Positions 27,465 to 37,237 of a stretch of 49,047 nt of DNA are shown here, piece after piece. A program made the position numbers and the translations under genes. Source of the stretch: Verrucomicrobiota bacterium (GTDB taxonomy: Bacteria; Verrucomicrobiota; Verrucomicrobiia; Limisphaerales; CANJXF01); assembly GCA_038214755.1 (NCBI GenBank), contig JBBQRQ010000029.1:1-49047 (forward strand), given 5' to 3'. The stretch's first letter is position 1; every line of letters begins with the position of its first letter. The notes under the pieces are model-generated. The model saw only the letters and a list, made by a program, of their open reading frames with translations. It had not been told where the DNA came from and did not search any database.

Positions 27465-30400
27465 TTATTCGCGAGTACGGTAGAAGCCGCGTTCGCTATT
27501 CGTCGCGTGGTTATCAATGAACTCTACTGTTCCATTGGGGCTGAAGATATTTGTCAGCGGTTCCCAATCGATAAAGTTCGTCGTTCGGTCTATCCAATAA
27601 CCCACCCCAGCGTCGCCGGTGAAGATAAGGTCGATGCTGCCGTCGAACAGGCGGGTAATGGATTGAAACTGCGGAGGAGTAGGCAAGACAATAGTTAGTA
27701 TCGCGTTGGAACTTGTTACCGAACCCGCCTCGTTGGTTACGACCACCGAGTAGGGTCCGGCGTCATTGGTCTGAACGTTGAATTGGGTATAGGTCGGGTT
27801 GGTCGCGCCGAGAATATTGTTTGCGCCAAATCGCCATTGATAACTAAATGGAGATGAACCTGTAACCATAGCGCTAAAGGTCACGTTGGTTCCTACTCTG
27901 CCTGTTTGGCTCTGTGGTTGAGAGGTAATGACTGGTGGTGTTGGAAACGCGCCCGCATAAGTGAAACGAACCGCGTCGGCCAAAACGACCAACCCCCCGG
28001 CATTGTTGTAGATGCGAACATAACCGTTCGTGCCCTGTAAGAATGGGCGCGCGGCAGAAATAAGATTCCATTGTCCACCGCCCGCTTGTTGATTGACCGG
28101 AATGGTAACGCTGCCCCCGTTATAAACGACAGTCCACGGCGCGTCGGGCGCGCGATTGCCACCTTGTGGATACCAGACAAATACATCGTAGTAACCCGGC
28201 ACGCCGATGCGAGGGCGGTAAGTAACGTTCGAGGTCCCGCCCGCAACGGAACTGGCGTATCGATAGTCTGAGGCATACTTATCCACTGAAGCCGTACCGA
28301 TAGTCCAATCACCCACATAGGTTACATCCGGGTCGAGGTTATCCAGGATGATGTCGGTCAAGGTAGTAACGAAGTTGGCGGTAATCGACTTGTTCGTTGT
28401 CATGGTTACACTCAATGGGTTGTTAGTTCCATTGGCATCGCCAGACCAACTGTCGAATGCGGAGTTCGCGGCGGGAGTTGCGGTCAAGCTAACGGTTGAA
28501 CCCGGTGTATAGCTGGTCAAGTTAGGGCTTCTGGAAACTGATCCGCCTGCCGAGGTGTTAACCGTCAAGGAATAATTTACTGTCAACATGGCGGAGGCGC
28601 TATTGGTTGAACCGAGGGTATTACTCACGATCACGGAGTAGGCTCCAGCATCGATAGGTTGAACATTGGTCCGTAGATACGTGCTGTTAGTCGCGCCGGA
28701 AATAGGTGACGAATTGAAGAGCCATTGATAACCGGGCGGGGGGTTGCCCGTCGCCGCAACGGAGAAGCTCACATTCGTGCCGGCAATGACGGTCTGGCTT
28801 TGCGGTTGGGTGGTAATGGTAGGCGCAGATGGAACCGTGGAGAAGGTTGTTGCGCTGGCGGGAGTGGAGTTAGCGGAACTACCGACTGAGTTCGTCGCGC
28901 GAACCACAAAATAGTAAGTCGTATTAGGAAGAAGATTGGTGTTGCTGTAATTGGTTGAGTTAGCGTTCAACGTCGCGATGTCGGTATAAGGCCCGCCGCT
29001 CACCAGGCTGCGTGCGACAACGAAACTAATTTCGTTGGTAGAGGCATCTGACCAGCTAAGATTGATTTGTGAAGTGCTGACTGCCACGGCGCTCAAGTTC
29101 GTCGGCGCAGCAGGAACCGAGGTAGGAGGAACGAACACCAGTTTCAACCCATCGACAACCGCGACCGAGGCCGCATCGGTAAAATTGTCGAGGATACGGA
29201 TATACCCATTCGTTCCAGCGGCGAAATTAAAACGACCGAGAAGAGTCCAGTTACCAGAATTGGTTTGTTGGTTGGCGAACACCGTAGCTGATCCGCCGCT
29301 GTAGTTAATGAGGAAGGGCGTATTGGTGGCAGCATCGGCGCGATTGACATGCCACTGAAGGACATCGTATTGGCCATCCACCAGAACAGCAGGTCTGAAC
29401 TGCATATAAGCTGTTCCTGTCCCTTTACCTTTGACCCAGTAGTTCGTGCCGAAAGAGTTATTATCCGTCCCACTGCCGTCCCCATAGAATACGGGGGTGG
29501 AACTACTGGTGGTTCCAAAAGTTTTGACCGCAGTCCAACTACCGACCACCGAAGCCTTGGCGTCATCCATTACGATGTTATTAACTACTCCTGCTAAATC
29601 CCCGCTGGTTCCCGCTTTGATGTAGGCGAATTGATTCGTTCCATGAAGGTCAGCGCGCCAGAAGTTAATACCTTTGTAACCGCCCACTGTTACGGAATTT
29701 GGATCGGCAGCGGAGTAATCAATAAACTCCATTACATCCAGGTCTGATTGCGGCCCAGTCACTGAGTTACAACGAGAGATGACATTATTGGTTTCTCCGT
29801 AAACGTCCTGCAATGGCAGGATAGGTTTGATCGAGTTAGTCCAGAAAATCGTTTGACCATTGATAACACTATTGGAGCCGACTAATGAGTTTTGCCAGGT
29901 CCGCCAGTTGACATCCGACCAATTGATCGCGGCGCTGGGTGAACCCTGTATGCCACTGGAAGAGAAATGGTATATCTGCGGCATGGCTGCATCGCACCAA
30001 TAGCCGAATTCTTTGTAGGGAAAACTGGAATGAAGGGAGATGATGGGAAACGGCGCGTGGGCGAGAAACTTGGTCGGCCAATTGGAGCGAACCATCGAGC
30101 AGAGTTGCCAGGCGAGCGCCGGGCCATTAGCGCCAATCCAAGGTTGCTGTTGCTCCCATTCGGCTTCCGCGTCAAAGACAAATCCATCCGCGCCGCAGTT
30201 AAAATTGTAGTTCGCCAGCGCCACTTCTCCAGCTATGTCGCTGCCATAGGAGCGAGTATAACCAAAGATCCAAATGCCGTTGGTTCGGGCGATGGTGCAA
30301 AGGTTGGTTGTAATCTGGTTGGGACTCGTATAACAGCCGGTGTAGTTGGTTGAGCCGGTGCCCATCTTAATAATGATGTAGCAGACGCCAATGCTCTTGT

Positions 30401-30614
30401 AATACTTCATCAGACTTACTTCGTTGGTCACACTTGCGATGTGGCCGCCGAGTTTGTTGGTGGCGTCTTTCATTGAATAAATCCAGTCACCTTTACCGAG
30501 GTTAGCTGGGTCAATTTCTCCGTCACGAATTACGGCTGAAACTTCCGGTGAAAAATTGAACAGAGCAATGGCGGCGAAAATTATCAGAGGAAGGCGTGTA
30601 ATAATTAAAAACAT
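27465..30614 (-). CDS. Secreted multidomain protein: glycoside hydrolase-like TIM barrel, two golvesin/Xly-CBD-like domains, FN3, two Ig domains, B-repeat, C-terminal FYR domain
   Basis: GADGFVFDAEAEWE; NQQ..G.W..LG.F; PAAPTNLSA..LSWSD..YYFVVRA; PTITTQPQSQ..YQW..DAGAYSV; start uncertain. Confidence 0.8.
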   Translation of the reverse strand: MFLIITRLPLIIFAAIALFNFSPEVSAVIRDGEIDPANLGKGDWIYSMKDATNKLGGHIASVTNEVSLMKYYKSIGVCYIIIKMGTGSTNYTGCYTSPNQITTNLCTIARTNGIWIFGYTRSYGSDIAGEVALANYNFNCGADGFVFDAEAEWEQQQPWIGANGPALAWQLCSMVRSNWPTKFLAHAPFPIISLHSSFPYKEFGYWCDAAMPQIYHFSSSGIQGSPSAAINWSDVNWRTWQNSLVGSNSVINGQTIFWTNSIKPILPLQDVYGETNNVISRCNSVTGPQSDLDVMEFIDYSAADPNSVTVGGYKGINFWRADLHGTNQFAYIKAGTSGDLAGVVNNIVMDDAKASVVGSWTAVKTFGTTSSSTPVFYGDGSGTDNNSFGTNYWVKGKGTGTAYMQFRPAVLVDGQYDVLQWHVNRADAATNTPFLINYSGGSATVFANQQTNSGNWTLLGRFNFAAGTNGYIRILDNFTDAASVAVVDGLKLVFVPPTSVPAAPTNLSAVAVSTSQINLSWSDASTNEISFVVARSLVSGGPYTDIATLNANSTNYSNTNLLPNTTYYFVVRATNSVGSSANSTPASATTFSTVPSAPTITTQPQSQTVIAGTNVSFSVAATGNPPPGYQWLFNSSPISGATNSTYLRTNVQPIDAGAYSVIVSNTLGSTNSASAMLTVNYSLTVNTSAGGSVSRSPNLTSYTPGSTVSLTATPAANSAFDSWSGDANGTNNPLSVTMTTNKSITANFVTTLTDIILDNLDPDVTYVGDWTIGTASVDKYASDYRYASSVAGGTSNVTYRPRIGVPGYYDVFVWYPQGGNRAPDAPWTVVYNGGSVTIPVNQQAGGGQWNLISAARPFLQGTNGYVRIYNNAGGLVVLADAVRFTYAGAFPTPPVITSQPQSQTGRVGTNVTFSAMVTGSSPFSYQWRFGANNILGATNPTYTQFNVQTNDAGPYSVVVTNEAGSVTSSNAILTIVLPTPPQFQSITRLFDGSIDLIFTGDAGVGYWIDRTTNFIDWEPLTNIFSPNGTVEFIDNHATNSERGFYRTRE

Positions 30615-30721
30615 AAGAATGGACGAACATACTTTACCAAGCAATAAGGCGCAATGTGTTTTGATCGGAGTAGCATAGGCTACCAGACCTTGTCATTACC
30701 CACAATTCCTTGGCGCCTGTT

Positions 30722-30990
30722 CAATCCCAACGGGATTGAAATCACTCAGCCCAGCGTTGCGAGGAACGAGCTACGCTGGGTCATGGTGCCAACAAATCAT
30801 CAACCCGGAACGGGTTGCATCAAATCCCCTCTTACGTGCGCTACGAAATCGAATTTGATGAACGGCAGAGTGGGATCAATTTCGCCATTTGATTCAACTC
30901 TTTCAGAGTTGATGTACTTTTATTGACGCCCCCCAGCGTAGCTCGTTCCTCGCAACGCTGGGCCAAGTGATACCAATCCTTTCAGGATTG
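30722..30990. repeat. Long multi-hairpin inverted-repeat element (about 270 bp)
   Basis: Perfect 32-bp arms gcccagcgttgcgaggaacgagctacgctggg (30749-30780) and 30932-30963, plus terminal and internal caa..ttg hairpins. Confidence 0.88.
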
Positions 30991-31037
30991 GAGAAGCACA
31001 CGCTGAGATGCGCTACGAGTGCTTGCTCCGGTCGCTC

Positions 31038-32336
31038 TCAATTGCCGACGAGTAACAGGACTCCTTGACCGGCAGTAAGCCACACTCCGTTTTTGTTATC
31101 GTAGGGTGAGAGAGAGCCGTCCATTGCTGATATGATTTGGATAGGTTGATCCGAAACCTTTGTTTGAAGAGTAAAGTGACCAGACCGTTCGAGACTAAGG
31201 TTCACCACCATCACGTAAGATTGGCCGCTGCAATGTTTGAATTCACCTATCATCAATGATGTGGGACAAGTCGCCGAAGCAACCAGATTGCCCGGAAGTA
31301 GAGGAAGGTTCTCGACTGGCGATGGAGCGCTGAAAAAAACAGCGGTTGACTCTAACCTGCTCATAATGGGAGCGAGGGTTGTGAGTTGCCGGTTAACTTC
31401 TTTGAGGTAAGCCCATGTCAAAGTCTTGCGCCCGGTTGAGTCAATCGGAGCATAGCGATAGCCGGTAGAGTAATAGGTGTACCAGGTTACTCCGCGATAA
31501 CCTGCTGCGAGAGTGGTATAGGCCTGGAAACTCAAATTGGCCGGGGATGGGATGGTTGTGCCTGGGCGAATTTGATTGGCAGAAACAATATTCAAGTAAG
31601 GCAAGTGATGGGCGAGAGCGACACGCCGAACTTCCAAGAGGTTGCTATAATAACGCGCGGCTTTGGTTGAGTCGGATAGGTCTTGCGACATTTCGACCAT
31701 GTAGTTGTCGTAGCTGATCAATTGCGGGTTGACCTCTTTGACAAAGCGTTCGAGGTAATCGGTATAGTTGGAGGTACCGAGTTGGGAGGTGTTGGTCGGG
31801 CCGACGGTCGCATAGTTGGGATAGAGATTGATGTAGGCCAGTTTCCCTGGAGCATATTTTCTGACCGCAGCGACGGCTTTGCCCAAGGCAGGGAAGTCAC
31901 TCACGCTGGGTTCATCGGAGAGAAAGTAACCTTTCACTGCCGGATTTTTTCCGGATAACTCAACCATCGTTTTGACGCGTTGATCGATTTGGTCAAGGGA
32001 AAGTTTTCTCCACTCACGGCGGTAATTGAGCGGAACCTCGGAGTTATCCACCGGCAACGTAATCGCGCCCAGCCCCAGTTTCTGGCATAGACGAACATCA
32101 CTCGGAAAAACGAATCCAGCGACATTGAACCCGCACTCAGCCATGCTCTCCAATCCATTATTCGTGTTTTGGGTAAAGGGCGGTTGCCAGCCATGCAAAG
32201 GTCCCCACGGAATGATTGGAAAAAATTCCGGCTTGGAAATATCGCTGTAATCGAGAGGGGCCGACGCGGCTTGCGTTGGAGTAACCATCTGCGACAACAC
32301 AGACGCGATTAGAAGAAGAAAAAATTTGCAAGTCAT
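31038..32336 (-). CDS. Secreted glycoside hydrolase-like TIM-barrel protein (clan A-like)
   Basis: Signal peptide; GYFLSDEP, YINLYP, ISYDNY, GYRGVTWYTY. Confidence 0.65.
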   Translation of the reverse strand: MTCKFFLLLIASVLSQMVTPTQAASAPLDYSDISKPEFFPIIPWGPLHGWQPPFTQNTNNGLESMAECGFNVAGFVFPSDVRLCQKLGLGAITLPVDNSEVPLNYRREWRKLSLDQIDQRVKTMVELSGKNPAVKGYFLSDEPSVSDFPALGKAVAAVRKYAPGKLAYINLYPNYATVGPTNTSQLGTSNYTDYLERFVKEVNPQLISYDNYMVEMSQDLSDSTKAARYYSNLLEVRRVALAHHLPYLNIVSANQIRPGTTIPSPANLSFQAYTTLAAGYRGVTWYTYYSTGYRYAPIDSTGRKTLTWAYLKEVNRQLTTLAPIMSRLESTAVFFSAPSPVENLPLLPGNLVASATCPTSLMIGEFKHCSGQSYVMVVNLSLERSGHFTLQTKVSDQPIQIISAMDGSLSPYDNKNGVWLTAGQGVLLLVGN

Positions 32337-32388
32337 AAAATTTTTCGGCGATCGCCCGACCCTTTTCCAAACACTCCCAAGGAGTAAG

Positions 32389-32895
32389 TCATTTGTAACT
32401 CACTTCCACAATTTCCAACTCCTCTTCACCTGCGGGGAATCGAAACTTCACCCGCTGACCGACCCGCGCATTGAGCAAAGCCCGCGCTATCGGAGAACGC
32501 CAACTCACCCATCCGCGATCAATGTCCGTCTCGTCGATTCCAACGATACGGTAGTGCGACTCATCTCCCGAGTTTCCGCGCACCGTCACGCTCGCTCCAA
32601 ACCTTACCACGTGTCCGGCCGCCAACGGCGGTGACACGATTTCCGCCGATTCCAAACTGTGCGCGAGGTAACCCACACGTTGGTCCAATTGGTGTAATTC
32701 CCTTTTTGCCCTCTCGAGTCCGTCAACCAGCAGTCGTGGCCTCTCAACCTGGATGAGGCGATCCATCTCCTCGCGCAACCGTTTCGCGCCTTCCAAGGTC
32801 AGATAATTTTTCATACCAGGCGGGAGCGCTTCCGGCTGACGAGCGAGGATTGGTTCCTCTGGAAAATCGTCCTCACGAGTGAAGGCCTTGCTCAT
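32389..32895 (-). CDS. GreA/GreB-family transcription elongation factor (MSKAF-type, short coiled coil)
   Basis: YLTLEG..L, VRFGASV, YRIVGIDE, VSWRSPIARAL. Confidence 0.88.
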   Translation of the reverse strand: MSKAFTREDDFPEEPILARQPEALPPGMKNYLTLEGAKRLREEMDRLIQVERPRLLVDGLERAKRELHQLDQRVGYLAHSLESAEIVSPPLAAGHVVRFGASVTVRGNSGDESHYRIVGIDETDIDRGWVSWRSPIARALLNARVGQRVKFRFPAGEEELEIVEVSYK

Positions 32896-33077
32896 AGAAA
32901 TAAATTTAACCCACTAGCTTCGTTCAACAAACTGGCGCTTAAGATGTGAGGAAACAATCTATCGTCAGAATGTTTCCTTAGGACAATTTTTTTTCGGTGC
33001 TCCAATTCCTTCGTCTCAATTCAGGGGAAGCACTTATTGAGAAAAACAAACCGGCGTGATTTCTTTGCTCGTTATCT

Positions 33078-33569
33078 ATGAAGGACTCCTTACCAACTCT
33101 GGTGACAGACTCGACGATTTTGCTGGTCGAAGATAACGACGACGACGCCTTCCTGATGTCACGCGCTTTTCGAAAAGCGCACTTGTTGAATCCCGTGGTT
33201 CGCGTCACCGATGGCGAGCAAGCCATTTTTTATCTTAAAGGCGAAGATGGTTATACTGACCGCGGGCGTTTTCCAAAACCTTTCTTGCTCTTGCTGGATT
33301 TGAAAATGCCGCGCATGGATGGCCTTGACGTTTTACGCTGGGTGCGCCAACAGCCTGACCTGAAACGGCTGCTGGTCGTCGTGCTCACCTCCTCGACTTC
33401 GGAGCCGGATATCAAGACGGCCTATGATCTCGGCGCAAATTCGTATTTGACCAAGCCGGCGAACTTCGAGGAATTGATCCAACTACTCAACCGTTTGCAA
33501 GGCTACTGGTTGATGACGAACATCTCTCCTGAATCATCGCGTCTGCACGAAGCCGAACTCATGCGGTGA
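33078..33569 (+). CDS. Single-domain response regulator (Rcp1-like)
   Basis: LLVEDNDDD, LLDLKMPRMDG, LTSS, GANSYLTKP. Confidence 0.9.
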   Translation: MKDSLPTLVTDSTILLVEDNDDDAFLMSRAFRKAHLLNPVVRVTDGEQAIFYLKGEDGYTDRGRFPKPFLLLLDLKMPRMDGLDVLRWVRQQPDLKRLLVVVLTSSTSEPDIKTAYDLGANSYLTKPANFEELIQLLNRLQGYWLMTNISPESSRLHEAELMR

Positions 33570-33618
33570 TCCAAAAAAACTTCGTGAAATTGTTCCTCGG
33601 GTCGGGCACGTTAACCGC

Positions 33619-34602
33619 ATGGCAAATCTTATCCTGCGGCCAGGTTGGTTCATTCCTGAAAACGACGTTACACCGGAAAATGTTTTCGAAAATCGCCGCG
33701 AATTTATCAAGCGAATTAGCCTCGTGGGAGCGGGTTTGCTCTCCGCTCCTGTGGTCGGTTGTTCCGAAAATAAAACGCCAAAATCAACTCCGCCGCTTTC
33801 AACCACGCACACTCCCTCCGCAAAACTTTATCCCGCTCCGCGCAACGCCGAGTTCAATCCCAAATGGGCTTTGACCGCTGAGAAGGTTGCCGGTTCCTAC
33901 AATAATTTTTACGAATTCTCTTTGAGCAAAGATAAAGTGCGCGAACTCGTCGGCAATTTTGTCACCGCGCCGTGGCCAATTCAAATCGGCGGTTTGGTGG
34001 ACAAGCCGCTGACGATGGATACGGAGGATGTGACCGCTCTCGCGCCCGTGGAAGAACGCGTTTACCGATTTCGTTGCGTCGAGGCCTGGGCGATGGTCGT
34101 GCCGTGGACCGGATTTCCTTTGAGCAAATTGATTGAGAAAGCCGCGCCGAAATCGGACGCGAAATTTATCCGCTTCGAGACGGCCAATCGTCCCGATCAA
34201 ATGCCGGGGATAAAACGACTGCCCAATTATCCGTGGCCCTACTTTGAAGGATTGCGCATGGACGAAGCGATGCATCCGCTGACGATGGTGGTCACGGGTA
34301 TTTATGGAAAGCCACTGGCCAAACAACACGGCGCGCCCATTCGTATTATTGTTCCGTGGAAGTACGGCTACAAAAGTATCAAGTCGATTGTGAAAATAGA
34401 TTTCATTGCCAAGCAGCCGACGACTTTTTGGGAAACACTCGCGGCGGACGAATATCCATTTGAATCCAACGTCAATCCCGCCATACCGCATCCACGCTGG
34501 TCCCAGGCTATCGAACGCGTTATCGGCACGGACGAGAGTGTGAGGACACAACCGTTCAACGGCTACGGAAATTACGTGGCGAAACTCTACGCGAAAAGTT
34601 GA
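33619..34602 (+). CDS. msrP: Protein-methionine-sulfoxide reductase catalytic subunit
   Basis: Tat NRREFIK; YNNFYEF, RCVEAW, EGLRMDEA, VPWKYGYKSIKSI, HPRWSQ. Confidence 0.95.
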   Translation: MANLILRPGWFIPENDVTPENVFENRREFIKRISLVGAGLLSAPVVGCSENKTPKSTPPLSTTHTPSAKLYPAPRNAEFNPKWALTAEKVAGSYNNFYEFSLSKDKVRELVGNFVTAPWPIQIGGLVDKPLTMDTEDVTALAPVEERVYRFRCVEAWAMVVPWTGFPLSKLIEKAAPKSDAKFIRFETANRPDQMPGIKRLPNYPWPYFEGLRMDEAMHPLTMVVTGIYGKPLAKQHGAPIRIIVPWKYGYKSIKSIVKIDFIAKQPTTFWETLAADEYPFESNVNPAIPHPRWSQAIERVIGTDESVRTQPFNGYGNYVAKLYAKS

Positions 34603-34671
34603 ACCGGCGTGAACGCCGCTTCACCGCTGCGAAACCATGATCCGAAAATGGCTTTTGGCATTCGCTCTAAA

Positions 34672-35388
34672 TCAGAGTGGGCGAATCCAAATATTCCGAA
34701 AGCGAACGGGGTTGTGATGATCCTGAAGTTGCAACGGCTGCTTGAGCGGATGCGGTTCGTATTTGGGTTCGCCGATGTGCGTGGTCGTTCCAAGAATTTC
34801 CACGTTGTCCTGCACCAGCACACCATTGTGAAGCACCGTCACGCGCGCGGGCGTCAGGAGTTTGTTCCCTTCAAAGCGCGGTGCATGGAAAATAATTTCG
34901 TAGGTTTGCCATTCGCCCGGCTTGCGCGAGGCATTGACCAGTGGCGCGTGTTGTTTGTAAACCGAGCCGGCCTGTCCGTGAAAATAAGTCGTGTTGTGGT
35001 AGGAATCGAGCACCTGGATTTCGTAACGATTTTGAATATAGATTCCGCTGTTCCCCCTGCCCTGCCCTTCGCCTTTCACTTCGGAGGGCGACGCCCATTC
35101 GACATGAATCTGGCAATCGCCAAATTCTTCCTTCGTAAAAATGCTGCCGCTCCCGTTGGCGGTTATCACCCCATTTTTCACATCCCACTTGGCCGGCGCG
35201 TTATCTTTGCCAACCCATTTCGATAAATTTTTTCCGTCAAACAAAACAATCGCATCCGACGGCGGCGGGCCCGCATCGATCACGCGCGGTTCCACCGTGG
35301 GTTCGGGAACGGGATCGGCAAATATTGTGGTCGCGGAAGACAGTCCGAGGAAAAGGGCGAGGCCGAAAATAAATTTGAAATTTTTCAT
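34672..35388 (-). CDS. DUF1080 (3-keto-disaccharide hydrolase-like) protein
   Basis: [41 protein letters not shown]. Confidence 0.9.
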   Translation of the reverse strand: MKNFKFIFGLALFLGLSSATTIFADPVPEPTVEPRVIDAGPPPSDAIVLFDGKNLSKWVGKDNAPAKWDVKNGVITANGSGSIFTKEEFGDCQIHVEWASPSEVKGEGQGRGNSGIYIQNRYEIQVLDSYHNTTYFHGQAGSVYKQHAPLVNASRKPGEWQTYEIIFHAPRFEGNKLLTPARVTVLHNGVLVQDNVEILGTTTHIGEPKYEPHPLKQPLQLQDHHNPVRFRNIWIRPL

Positions 35389-35470
35389 ATTGAGTTGGGA
35401 AAGATTCAAATGCTTTCCCGAAATCCGCAATGGAAATTTCTACGAATATAAAATCTTTGTTTCCGGATTA

Positions 35471-35666
35471 AACGCAAAGGCCGCGAAGGTTCACGCAGAG
35501 GCCGCAAAGGAAAGTAGTCAACGAACGCGCGCACTCTACGTAGCGCAGGCTTCCAGCCTGCAGGTTCGGGACTCTTCCAGAGTCCAGTCGAAACCAGCGC
35601 GCAAGAGGTTATCCGGGAGTTTGTCACTCTGCGACCTCTGCGAAAACCTTTGCGCCCTTTGCGGTA
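35471..35666. repeat. Inverted clusters of ~9-nt CGCA[AG]AG repeats enclosing a single GTAG REP
   Basis: aacgcaaaggccgcgaagg..cgcagaggccgcaaagg ... ctctgcgacctctgcg..ctttgcgccctttgcggt; gtagcgcaggcttccagcctgc at about 35540. Confidence 0.7.
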
Positions 35667-35756
35667 AAAAATAAATGTTCCCACTTCTCCAGCCATCAGA
35701 ATCCCCGAAGAACCAAATTTTCCAAACTCGCCGGGTGTGATTTCACGTGGCGGTCA

Positions 35757-35910
35757 CGTAGCGCAGGATTGCATCCTGCTGTATCGCCGGTTTGAAACCG
35801 GCTGAACGTCGCAAATAGAGAAAGTCTTTGGTTTCGAAAGTCTCTCCGTTTCTGGCGGCATCTCGCAGGTTGAAAACCTGCGCTACGGCAGGATGCAATC
35901 CTGCGCTACA
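35757..35910. repeat. GTAG REPIN with two hairpins per arm
   Basis: cGTAGcgcaggattgcatcctgctgtatcgc ... gcgctacggcaggatgcaatcctgcgCTACa. Confidence 0.88.
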
Positions 35911-35997
35911 ACTGACCCAACTGACCGCCAGTTAAAATCACATCCGAACCCCTCTTTAACAATTGCGTCAGAAAAATTCTTTCTCTATTTTTTCGCC

Positions 35998-37227
35998 ATG
36001 CCTGATTTCAATTCGCCCCGCCTCGCCATGAATCGCCGCCAGTTTATTCACGCCAGCGGTTTGCTCGCTGCGACTTTGGCGAGTCCCGTCTCCAATCTTT
36101 TTGCGGAAGAAAAAATCATCATGCCTTTCGCCAATGGCGAACGCGCCCTCGTAAAATATCCGCAGAAACGTCCGCTCATCCGCGTCACCTCGCGCCCGCC
36201 GCAACTGGAAACGCCCATGTCCGTTTTCAACGAAGGCGTTATCACGCCCAACGACGCTTTTTTTGTGCGCTACCATTTGTCCGACATTCCGCTTTCGATT
36301 GATCCCGACACGTTTCGTTTGGAAATCAAAGGCTCGGTCGATTCGCCGCTCACACTTTCGCTCGCTGATTTGAAAAAAATTGAGCCGGTTGAGTTGGTTG
36401 CCGTTTGCCAATGTTCGGGCAATGGCCGCGCATTTTCGCAACCGCGCGTCGGCGGCGGACAACTCGGCAACGGCGCGATGGGCAACGCGAAATGGCGCGG
36501 CGTCAGTCTGAAAAATGTGCTCGCCAAAGCCGGAGTGAAAGCGTCCGCGAAACAAGTGACGTTCAACGGCCTCGATAAACCTGTCGTGGAAAAAACGCCT
36601 GATTTCGTCAAGGCCCTCGATCTCGACCATGCGCTCGACGGCGAAGTAATGCTCGCTTACGAAATGAACGGCGAGCCACTCCCGATGCTGAATGGCTTTC
36701 CGCTGCGACTGATTGTGCCCGGATATTTTGGGACTTATTGGGTCAAGCACGTCAACGAAATCACCGTCATCGACGAAGTGCTGAATAATTTTTGGATGGG
36801 CACGGCCTATCGAATTCCTGACAACGATTGTGGATTTGTCGAGCCGGGCACCACGCCGGCGAAGACCACGCCGATCAAGCGTTACAATGTTCGTTCCTTC
36901 ATCACCAACCTCAAAGACGGCGATACCGTCAAAGCGAATGAAAAAATCTCTTTGAAAGGAATCGCATTCGATGGCGGGTTCGGCATTCAGGAAGTTTTGT
37001 TTTCCATAGATGCCGGGAAGTCGTGGCATCCCGCCGAACTCGGAAAAGACCTGGGCAAATATTCTTTCCGCGAATGGAATTCCAGCGTGGAACTTCCCTC
37101 GGGCAAACAGGAATTAAAAGTTCGCGCCGTCAATCGCATCGGCGAATCGCAACCACTCGATCCACTGTGGAATCCGGCCGGTTACATGCGCAACGTCGTC
37201 GAAACTGTTCGCGTCCAGGCCACGTAA
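35998..37227 (+). CDS. Sulfite oxidase-family molybdopterin oxidoreductase (SorA-like sulfite dehydrogenase)
   Basis: Tat NRRQFIH; RPPQLETP, FFVRYH, CQCSGNGR, NGFPLRL..PGYFG..WVK, WNPAGY; alternative start at 36028. Confidence 0.9.
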   Translation: MPDFNSPRLAMNRRQFIHASGLLAATLASPVSNLFAEEKIIMPFANGERALVKYPQKRPLIRVTSRPPQLETPMSVFNEGVITPNDAFFVRYHLSDIPLSIDPDTFRLEIKGSVDSPLTLSLADLKKIEPVELVAVCQCSGNGRAFSQPRVGGGQLGNGAMGNAKWRGVSLKNVLAKAGVKASAKQVTFNGLDKPVVEKTPDFVKALDLDHALDGEVMLAYEMNGEPLPMLNGFPLRLIVPGYFGTYWVKHVNEITVIDEVLNNFWMGTAYRIPDNDCGFVEPGTTPAKTTPIKRYNVRSFITNLKDGDTVKANEKISLKGIAFDGGFGIQEVLFSIDAGKSWHPAELGKDLGKYSFREWNSSVELPSGKQELKVRAVNRIGESQPLDPLWNPAGYMRNVVETVRVQAT

Positions 37228-37237
37228 TTTTTCCACT

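Noticed and set aside
35893..35997. Extended N-termini given by the ORF track (also 7069-7248 and 15433-15558)
   Set aside because: They begin inside repeats or overlap neighbouring genes; downstream starts give more plausible N-termini
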